A stretch of DNA of 64,000 nt, taken from NCBI RefSeq assembly GCF_006345805.1, contig NC_043010.1, forward strand, positions 22,754,001-22,818,000, read 5' to 3'. The translations under genes were made by a program, and so were the position numbers. Position 1 is the first letter of the stretch. Every line of letters begins with the position of its first letter. The notes beneath the pieces were generated by a model. That model did not search any database. It had not been told where the DNA came from and was given only the letters and a program-made list of their open reading frames with translations. Source of the stretch: Octopus sinensis (Eukaryota). This document shows, piece by piece, positions 55,096 through 64,000 of the stretch.

Positions 55096-55302
55096 TCAAG
55101 AGCTTGGAACCCTCCTGATAATCTTTTCTGTCACTAAGTGGCAAACTTTCTGTAGAAGCTCTACAGAACATTCTATTTCAATCTCCATTAACCATTTGTC
55201 TACATCTTTACTCACAGTTCCGAATACACCAATTATTATAGGCAAAATCTTTACAGTTTTCATACTCCAATTCTTGCGAATTCAAAATTTAAGTGACTGT
55301 AC

Positions 55303-55305
<3 letters not shown>
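55096..55305 (-). mobile_element. Older, more diverged R4-like RLE C-terminal fragment
   Basis: KYSHLNFEFARI/WSMKTVKILPIIIGVFGTVSKDVDKWL...ELLQKVCHLVTEKIIRRV aligns by eye with the C-terminus of the 55966-56582 element. Confidence 0.6.
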
Positions 55306-55334
<29 letters not shown>

Positions 55335-55335
<1 letters not shown>

Positions 55336-55890
55336 GAGTGAGAGAGCAGTGCATGCCATCAAAGTGACACTGGGGTAAAATATACGAAGCCCAATATACC
55401 CATCATGACTACCCGTCTGATAAGGGCACACCAGGCGCATGCATCACAACCATATGTGCGCGACATGGTGATCTCATATCAAGATAAACAGCACATGACC
55501 TTGCAGGTGGGGCCCAGTTAGAATTTTCTTCAGGTTGAGTAGCTCATCCTGCTCAAAAGGTCCCTGAATAAGGGTTGTTTAAGGATGTTGAAAGAACTAC
55601 CCATGTTTCCAGAGGTGAATTATTCAAACTTCAAAGAATCCCTCTCAACACATGGCTATGATGCTCCCCCACTACTTCTGCTCGTGATCAGAGATGCACA
55701 TATCGTCAGCCACTAAGGGACATGCTCAACTGGTTAAGGTCAAACAACTGACAAGCAAATCTGTGGTATTGAGCAGAATATTTGCTGTAGCCCATCTTTT
55801 ATACCAAGACAAACCAATGTACATGATAACACTTCCAATCAGTTAAGATCAGAAGCCATGAGAGCCACTGCCTGGTACTGCATCAGGGCA
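55335..55890. repeat. ~550-bp interspersed repeat, copy 1, flanked by (ATT)n
   Basis: Near-identical to 56622-57172 (tgagtgagagagcag...ggtactgcatca). Confidence 0.9.
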
Positions 55891-55946
<56 letters not shown>

Positions 55947-55965
55947 CATCATTATTATTATTATT

Positions 55966-56578
55966 TAGTAGTTTTATTTTTATAGCGTGCTTTCATTTCA
56001 CTAACGAGCGCTGTGATTTGTTGTGATGCTCTGATGGTTATTGTATGGAAAGTGTTCTGCGTAGGATGTGTGCAGTGCCTAGTAGTGCAATTTTCTGTAT
56101 GTTATATGTGTTTGTAAGTCGTGGTGTTTTTGTTATGTATTTGTCTGAATATTTTTTTATCATGCCTAATGCACCTACTATAATTGGAATTGTTTCTGTT
56201 TTTAGATTCCACATTCTAGTTACCTCTATTTCCAGGTCTTTGTATTTTGAAAGTTTCTCCATTTCTTTTAGAGACACGCTGTCATCTGCTGGTATTGATA
56301 CATCAATTAGAAAACATTTTTTTCTTCATGATCTCTGACAACTATATCTGGTCTGTTGGCCTTAATTTCTCCATCTGTGTGTATCGGCATATACCAGAGT
56401 ATGGTTGCTTTCTCATTTTCTGTGACCTTTTCTGGTGTGTGCCCATACCATCTTTTTTCTGTTGCTATTCCATAATGTTGGCATACCTTCCAGTGTATGT
56501 AGGTCCCAACTCTGTCATGTCTGTGAATATATTCCTTCTTAGCCAGGACTGGGTAGAGATAATATGATTTATTGTTTC

Positions 56579-56582
<4 letters not shown>
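55966..56582 (-). mobile_element. 5'-truncated R4/Dong-like LINE (restriction-like endonuclease C-terminus)
   Basis: With frameshifts reads ETINHIIS/PVLAKKEYIHRHDRVGTYIHW...NRPDIVV/CFLIDVSIP...EKLSKYKDL...PIIVGALG...QKIALLGTAHILRR*; end of zinc knuckle plus PD-(D/E)xK motif; (TAA)n on both sides. Confidence 0.85.
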
Positions 56583-56621
<39 letters not shown>

Positions 56622-56622
<1 letters not shown>

Positions 56623-57172
56623 GAGTGAGAGAGCAGTTCATGCCATCAAAGTGACACAGGGGTAAAATATACGAAGCCCAATATACCCATCATGACTACC
56701 CGTCTGATAAGGGTACACCAGGCACATGCATCACAACCATATGTGCGCGACATGGTAATCTCATATCAAGATAAACAGCACATGACATTGCAGGTGGGGC
56801 CCAGTTAGAATTTTCCTCAGGTTGAGTAGCCCATCCCGCTCAAAAGGTCCCTGAATAAGGGTTGTTTAAGGATGTTGAAAGAACCACCCCTGTTTCCAGA
56901 GGTGAATTATTCAAACCCCAAAGAATCCCTCTCAACACATGGCTATGATGCTCCCCCACTACTTCTGCTCGTGATCAGAGATGCACATATCGTCAGCCAC
57001 TAAGGGACATGCTCAACTGGTTAAGGTCAAACAACTGACAAGCAAATCTGTGGTATTGAGCAGAATATTTGTTGTAGCCCATCTTTTATACTAAGACAAA
57101 ACAATGTACATGATAACACTTCCAATCAGTTAAGATCAGAAGCCATGAGAGCCACTGCCTGGTACTGCATCA
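56622..57172. repeat. ~550-bp interspersed repeat, copy 2, flanked by (ATT)n
   Basis: Direct repeat of 55335-55890 with scattered substitutions. Confidence 0.9.
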
Positions 57173-57219
57173 TCATCATTATTATTATTACTATTATTAT
57201 TATTATTATTATTATTATT

Positions 57220-57890
57220 AGCATGGCGAGTTAGGAGACTCATTAGACGTTTAAGAAAACATAGCTTTGTGGTGTATCTTCCGACTCTACTTTCTAAGTT
57301 CAAATAGCGCAGTGGTCAATTTTGCCCGTCATTCTTCTTCCTGGGTCGAAAAAGCAAGTAACAATTAAGTTTTAGGATCGATGTAAGCGACTAACCCCGC
57401 CTCACCTGAAACTGATGGCCTTGTGCAAAAAAAAAATTGGTGCATCAGACACAACACCTAACAGTATTTCTTCTGATTCATTACGTTCTGGGTTCAAATT
57501 CCGCCGAAGTTGATTCACCTGGGTTGCCCAAAATTTCGGCTACTGTGCTTTTAGTAGAAAATAACATCATCATCATCATCATCGTCATCATCATCATCAT
57601 CATCATCATCATTATTATTATTATTACTATTATTATTATTATTATTATTATTATCATTATTATTATTATTATTTAAGGCAGTGAGCTAGCAGAATTGTTA
57701 GCGCGGCGAACGAAATGCCTAGCGGTATTTCGCCCGTCGATAATTTCTGAGTTCAAATTGCGCCGAGGTCGACTTTGCCTTTCATCCTTCCGTGGTCGAT
57801 AAATTAAGTACCAATGAAACAATGGGGTTAATGTAATCGACTCACATCCTTCCTCACTAAATTTGAGGCCCTGTGCCTTCAGTAGAAAGG
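57220..57890 (+). mobile_element. Three SINE family A copies
   Basis: gagttcaaattgcgccgaggtcgactttgcctttcatcc and diverged relatives. Confidence 0.8.
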
Positions 57891-57924
57891 ATTATGATTA
57901 CTATTATTATTGTTATTATTGTTG

Positions 57925-57971
<47 letters not shown>

Positions 57972-58189
57972 GTTACTCATGCTTATATGCTTTATTGAAT
58001 TATCAATCTAACAGGAAGATTAAATTTACTGGCTAAATGTCTGTTTCGCTTGTTGGCTCAATTGATCAGCGAAGTTCCCGCCGGAACATTCTCTGCCAAC
58101 CTTTCTGCTGACTGATTCTCTTTCGATTGCGTAACGTGTCGGCCATAGTTTAAATAAAGACAGTGTTGGTCGATGTCGTCCATTGGGAG

Positions 58190-58671
58190 AGGAAAGGGTT
58201 AGAGACGCAGAGAGAGAGGGGGAGAGAGAGGGAGAGAGAGAAGTAGGGAGAAAGATAGAGAAGGTAGGCAATGTAAGAGAAAATAAGAAAGAGACACAAA
58301 AGAAGACAAATTTAGAGAAAATACGGGAAGACAAATGGAGAGAGAAAAAGCGACAGAGAGAAAGAGAGAAAGGGAGGGGGAGAGAATGAGGGAGAGGGGA
58401 GAGAGACGAGGTAGTAGAAGTTGAAATAGAGAGGCAAAAGATGATATTGAAAGAAAGGTGAGATAAGTTTAGAGAAACATACGGGAAAGAAGAATGAGAA
58501 AGAGAGAGAGAGAGTGTGTGTGGGCGGAGAGGTAGGGAGGGTGTAACGTGAGACACAGTAGAGAGGAAGAAAGTTGTAGAGGAAGGAATGAGGTAAAGGG
58601 ATGAAGTACTATTGATGAAGGGAAAGAGAGAAAAATAAAGGTAAGAGAAGAAATGTAAGAGGAAGAGAAAG

Positions 58672-58706
<35 letters not shown>

Positions 58707-58945
58707 CGGAGGGAACAATGGAGAGAGCGACAGAAGGAGATGAAAAAGAAGGATAGAGAAAATGGAGGTAATGCAATAAAGAGAAAGAGAGTGAGAGAGA
58801 AAGGGAAACAGAAAGAAAGAGAGAGAAAAGGAGAGAAAGAGAAAGGGAGAGAGATAGAGAGAGAGAGAGAGAAAGGGAAAGAGAAAGAAAGAAAGAGAGA
58901 GAGAGAGAGAGGACGGGAAAGAAAGAGCGAAAGAGCAATAGTGTA
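58190..58945. repeat. Polypurine (GA-rich) low-complexity tract
   Basis: Direct reading. Confidence 0.9.
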
Positions 58946-59311
58946 ATCATGATTTATTTGTGTTGATTCTGTGTCTTAGAGAAATGCTGATGGTTCATAT
59001 TAATGCACACAAACGGACAGAAACGGACTGAAACGGTGACACACACATACACACAAGCATACATACACATGCGGCGCACATAGAGAAACACATTGAAAGT
59101 GAGAGAGATAGAGAGAGACAGAGGGAGAGAGAAATACACACACACACATAAACACACACACACACATACACACACACACACAACACACACACACACACAC
59201 ACACAGAGGCTTACAGGTGAAATTCTTTACAATAGTTGATAATATCGCAGCAGGAAGTAACGAACTGTAACACACATCTCTTTCTTTCTTTCATTCTTCC
59301 TTTCTTCCTTC

Positions 59312-59348
<37 letters not shown>

Positions 59349-59610
59349 TTCCTTCCTTCCTCCCTTCCTTTCTTTCTTCCTTTCTTTCCTCCTTTCATTG
59401 TTTCTTCCTCCATTTTCGTTCACGCCAACTCCCACTCTCTAATCCCGTCTCCTTCTCTCGTTTATTTACTCATTCCCATCATTCGTTCACGAATGTACAC
59501 ACATTACGTAATTCCTGCGGTGACTAGACTTAATCGATACGTGTGTACGCTTGTGTGTGTGTCTGCATTTATAACTAAACACAGAGATACACACCTATAT
59601 ACATACATAT

Positions 59611-59663
<53 letters not shown>

Positions 59664-60232
59664 GAGGTATACTTGCCATCTCAGTATGGCTAACCACTAA
59701 GTGTGGGTGTTACTGTAGCTTGTAGCCCCAGGAGAACATCGTCTCCAGCTGGCTTTAGGCACACTTTCTGTGCCCTTATGGTATTTGCAAAGGGAGGTCA
59801 TCCCTCCCTCGTCAACCTAAGTGATACGCACGGACTGCAGTTTCTAGGTATTGACCTGTCGTCGGCGTACGACAATCACCGGTTTTCGATGAATTTATCT
59901 TTATTATGATCAAGTGATCTAACATAGAATTGGGACATTACAGGACAAAACAATTACAAAAATGCTATGCGAGTTCGAATGAAATTATAAAAATTACCAA
60001 AATAAAATTTTATGTAACTTGAACGAAAACTTGGCTTACTTTGCCTTGAAACGAAACCTTGGCTTACTTTTGCCATTATCACGAGAACGTTTAGTGCGTA
60101 TGTTTTCTTTTTTTGTATTATTTCTTTATTTTAAACAGTTATGTACAGTGAAAGGGAATGGGAGGTACCAGTTTCAATTTTGAACCCGGCAGCCTATAAA
60201 TCCCAGCAGCTGATTTTTCCTTTCCTCGATGA

Positions 60233-63200
60233 TTAAGCTGGGTTACTCTCAACCACCTTTCTCATCACATCCTTCCAACGTTCCATATACTCTTTCTGTG
60301 GCAGGCTCCTCTTCTCTAACCCCATCTTGCTCTTCAGATGATATCCGAAGTATTTTAACAAACCGGGGCAGAGATAAAGGAACCTTTCACAAGACCTTCC
60401 AATCTAGTTCTCCATGCACACTCTTTCAATACTGCCACCGTACAGTAAAAACAAGCCTTACCTTCCTTTGAGAGTTCAGTTGGCGGTATCATCTTAATCA
60501 TAGATCCAGCCAACAGCTGTACTCGTCCCAGATGCGACAGCACGTGTTCCACGTAACTTATCAAGCCTGACAGCTCCCGGCATTGTACAAAAGCGTGTTG
60601 AACGGTTTCATCGTCCAACCCACATCTTGGACACGTCGGTGGCACTGACATTCCGTGCCTGGATAACTTCTCGCGAACAGGTAATGCATTCCTATAGCAC
60701 TGCCAGGTCAGGGATTTTTCGTAATTATCCAAATACCCCGACCTGAAAGTCTTCTTAAACAGGTTGGAGAGTTGATCCTCATCGAACCCCAGAGCCCTTC
60801 CTAGGACGACGTCATTTTTCCCTCTACCAGCCCTCTATAGAACACCGAGGTGGTATTCCCGCTGCCGGCCTTGCCCATCTTGTGGATCAGCCAGAGTGCC
60901 TGTCGGCACTCCTTCTGCCATGAAGTCAGGTTACGTCCTTTAATGAGACCGGGTGTAAATCCCTCCATAGAGGCCGGTCGCGGTAAGAATTCCTCTGCCA
61001 GCGAACTCCACACCTTATCATCCTCCAGGTAACACCAGAGGTGTCTCAGCCTCAACGCATGCTTGCGCATCATTAGTCAAGGCATCCCAGTCCACCCTTT
61101 AGCGGTTCCTGGCAACACACGGAGCGTCTCACAAGTGGCTTTCCTCCTTTCCACAAAAAGCGGAAAAGGAGTCGTTCCAACTTGTTTAACCACGAATCGG
61201 GGCAAGGCACGACGGTCAGGCGGTAGGTGACGACAGAGGCTATAAACATCTGTGCCACCTCCGCCCTCCCTTTCAAGGAAAGATGCCTTCCGGACCACTT
61301 CCGTACTATAGCTTCTACCTTGTTCGCTACCTCGCTCCAATTCTTCTCCGTCTGGGAGTCTGGACCAAACCAAACTCCGAGCAATTTAACAGGACCATCT
61401 GTACAGTGTCCAACAACACTGGACGGTATCGGCTTGTTCCTCCAGGTGCCGAGGCGCAAACCGATGGACTTGTCCCGGTTAACTTTTGCCCCTGCCACCG
61501 CTTCGTATCTATGGAGAGCACCTGCTACCCTAGATAGCTGTGTTCCGTTGGACACGATGAGGGTGACGTCATCCGCATAGGCAGAAACAGACTTACCGCA
61601 TCCGATTTCATTAGGGTTGCCTCCCAAATTCTCCAGCTTCCGCAGCAATGGCTCAAGAGCCAAAACATACAGGAGCGGGGACAAGGGGCACCCTTGACGA
61701 ACTGAACGCTTGATCGCAAACGGCTCCGTTAGGTAACCGTTTATCTGGACTGTGGACTTGATGCCGCTGTACATAGCTGAGATCCACCCGCAGAAGCCAG
61801 GGCCCAGCCCAGCCGCTTCGAGGACCGCCGCCAAGTACCGATGGTCTACCCTATCAAACGCTTTACTTTGGTCTAAATGGACCAATGCCCCTCCTTTGCC
61901 GTCTAATTTCCCGACCCTATCTATAGTGTAGCGGAGAAGGTGAAGATTATCCTGGATCGACCTGCCTGGGATTGCACATGTCTGTGCCTTCCCGACAAGT
62001 TTCTCCACGACAGCCGTCAGCCTTTTTGCTAACACCTTGGCCAAAATCTTAAACTCTACATTAAGTAGAGTTATGGGCCTATAATTACTAATACTGTCCC
62101 CCTTGTTCGGGTCTTTCTGGACAAGCGTCACAACTCCCCAACTCACAGAGCTGGGAATCCTCCCATTCTGTTGCCAGTTTGCATAGACGCTTGCCAGTAT
62201 GTCCCCGAACAAGTCCGGCATAAAACAATAAAATTCATAGGGCAGACCATCCAACCCCGGCGACTTTTCCCCGGCGCACTCGGCCATAACCCTTCTTACC
62301 TCCGCGGGAGAGATCGATCCTTCACAGCACTCCGCCTCACCTGCCGAGAGCCGTGGCCCACCAGCTAGGAAGTCTTTTAAGGTCTCCCCACGCTCGAGCG
62401 GACCACCGCCTCCAAACAGCCGTGCGAAATGCTGGTGAAGGACCTTCTGCATCTCCTCCTGTCCATAGATCTTGCGGTCCTGCTAAGGACATAATACAGG
62501 ACATAATACAGGACTTTTTGCCCTTCTGACTCTCCCCACGACGGGCCCATCCGGCAACGTTAATACCTTCTCGTTTTCCTGCACGTAACTTAGCTCTGAC
62601 TCTACACCCCTCATGCTTGGCGTTGAGGTGACGGTACAATACCGCTCTCGCTGCCAACACTCCGGATGCACAGCCAGATTCCATAGCCTCGTCTAAGTTC
62701 TTAACTAATTCGCCCTCTATTCTAGTCCTATCTAAACTTAGCTGCTTGCTAAATCTAATGGACTCCAAACGGATGGCTCTTTTGAGGGCGATCCACCATC
62801 TATTACTAATGATGGCGCCACATAATGCCCTCTGTACTAATTCCTTAATCCGGGTACGGAAAGCTTCACAAGTCAAAATAGACTTGTTCATTTTCCAGTA
62901 CCTGGGACCTTGTCTATGGCATTTATCTACCTGTACTTCACACGTCACAAGTTTGTGATCGGTGTAAGGCACAACAGAGAATTGTGGACAGCTAACACTA
63001 TTCCTATCTCGTTCCTAAACAAATACTCTATCTATGTACGATCTGCGTGAGCCGTCGTTATTACTCCACGTCCACTGTGGAACGTTCGGCTCATCCAGTC
63101 GAAAACGGTCTACTAGATTAAAGCTCGCTAGTAGAGCCTTGAGGCCAGGATTCCCCTTCCTATCGCTCGAGCCTACACCATCCACCCGCGCATCGAGAAT

Positions 63201-63623
63201 GGTGTTGAAATCCCCTACCAAGACTACCATTTTGGACGTCACTAGAAAGTGCTCCAGTTCCCGGAAAAGAACGGTCTGCCCACGTCCATTAGGAGCGTAG
63301 ACAGCCACCAACCTGAAGGACTGCTTACTCACGTGCGTCACATCTAGGACAACGAGCCTACCTTCTGGGTCCAGAAAGACAATACTTACCTGTAAGTCCA
63401 AGTTCTTCCTGAAAAGAACTGCCACGCCTGCACCTCCCTCCCGGCTAGGAGAAATAAATTTCTCGTAACCATTGAGAAGTGGTGAGAACGCTTGGGGTCC
63501 TTTCATCTTGGACTCGGTAACAATAGCTACATCGATTCTATGTGAAATGAGGTCGTCCCGAAAACAAGCCTGTTTCCATTTCGATCCCATTCCACGCACA
63601 TTTATACAACCTAACTTAATCAT
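60233..63623 (-). pseudogene. LINE ORF2 (APE endonuclease + reverse transcriptase + CCHC zinc finger), disrupted
   Basis: EN motifs INVRG, VYAPN, GDFN, SYIDR, YTDHK; RT motifs SPGLDG, YRPITLLN, DQSKAFDRV, RQGCPLSP, YADD; finger CPRCGLDDETVQHAFVQC. In-frame TAG at 63015-63017, in-frame 12-bp duplication near 62490-62512, frameshifts near 62485, 61090, 60815 and 60365; restored frame ends ...MERWKDVMRKVVESNPA* at 60233. Confidence 0.92.
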
Positions 63624-63645
63624 CGAAAAAAATAAAATTATTTAC

Positions 63646-63999
63646 TCACGGTTGCGAGAGGGAGCCTGACAGATTCCTTCTGCCTGTCTCCCCGCCACTC
63701 GCCGTTGCTGCTGGGCGTTTCACCGGCGTTGCCACCGGGCTCTGGGCTGGTGTGGCTGCCGGGCTGACGTATAATTTCCCAGTTGTCACCTGCTGGGAGA
63801 CATCCTTAATGAAGCCGGCTTTTACGAGGTCTTGTAAGATTTTTCCTTTCCATCCTTCTTCGCTGACCCTTGCATATCGCCACTCCGCTTCCTTCTCGGT
63901 CGCTTTATAGTACCTGATCTGCGTACTTGCTTGCACAAATTTTACTGCTCTCTCGTTCCTTGTGGTGTATGCTATAATTTTTTCATTGGGTTTAAACCC
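63646..63999 (-). CDS. C-terminal part of LINE ORF1 (partial, open to window edge)
   Basis: Open frame GFKPNEKIIAY...SPAATPAQSPVATPVKRP...SQP* ending 22 nt upstream of the ORF2 ATG. Confidence 0.6.
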   Translation of the reverse strand, partial: GFKPNEKIIAYTTRNERAVKFVQASTQIRYYKATEKEAEWRYARVSEEGWKGKILQDLVKAGFIKDVSQQVTTGKLYVSPAATPAQSPVATPVKRPAATASGGETGRRNLSGSLSQP

Positions 64000-64000
64000 T

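Larger units (their letters stand above)
59890..64000 (-). mobile_element. Tx1/L1-clade non-LTR retrotransposon, decayed, 5' part runs off the window edge
   Basis: ORF1 tail, 22-nt spacer, then ORF2 with APE-RT-CCHC domain order; 3' UTR with AATAAA (plus-strand tttatt near 59900). Confidence 0.9.

Noticed and set aside
55335-57172. Two ~550-bp direct repeats around a coding fragment, resembling an LTR retrotransposon
   Set aside because: The interior is a non-LTR RLE 3' end separated from both repeats by (ATT)n; no TG..CA ends, PBS or PPT seen
58040-58185. Short minus-strand ORF MDDIDQHCLYLNYGRH... after a pyrimidine tract
   Set aside because: Only 41 codons, no donor site or homology
60229-60471. 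Plus-strand ORF starting MIKLG, like the ORF2 N-terminus
   Set aside because: Not a second element; it is the antisense of the ORF2 C-terminus, and the shared start reflects the inverted repeat reported as a finding
63382-63392. ATACTTACCTG, identical to the U1 snRNA 5' end
   Set aside because: Only 11 nt, inside the endonuclease reading frame (LQVSI); the rest of U1 is absent. At most a cryptic splice donor on the LINE strand

Overview
Very AT-rich eukaryotic DNA dominated by microsatellites ((TA)n, (TATG)n, (ATT)n, (CA)n, (GA)n) and interspersed repeats. The SINE families and repeat landscape look like an octopus/coleoid cephalopod genome (inference from recognition, not a database search). 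No host protein-coding gene could be confidently identified; most listed ORFs are microsatellite translations. Supported content: a decayed Tx1/L1-clade LINE (minus strand, 59.9-64 kb: ORF1 tail, APE endonuclease, RT, CCHC finger); two R4/Dong-like RLE LINE 3' fragments and two copies of a ~550-bp repeat nested in (TAA)n tracts; a mariner derivative built from two inverted 5' halves; a Penelope-like (PLE) ORF remnant; MITEs and long palindromes; and dozens of tRNA-derived SINEs from about four families. The two most interesting signals are (1) about 11 hammerhead-ribozyme-like motifs with differing stem sequences, several inside fold-back elements, including a tRNA-headed one, and (2) a long-range inverted repeat in the LINE that would pair the ORF2 start codon with the ORF2 stop codon. 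All ribozyme and RNA-structure calls come from manual base-pairing and are untested.
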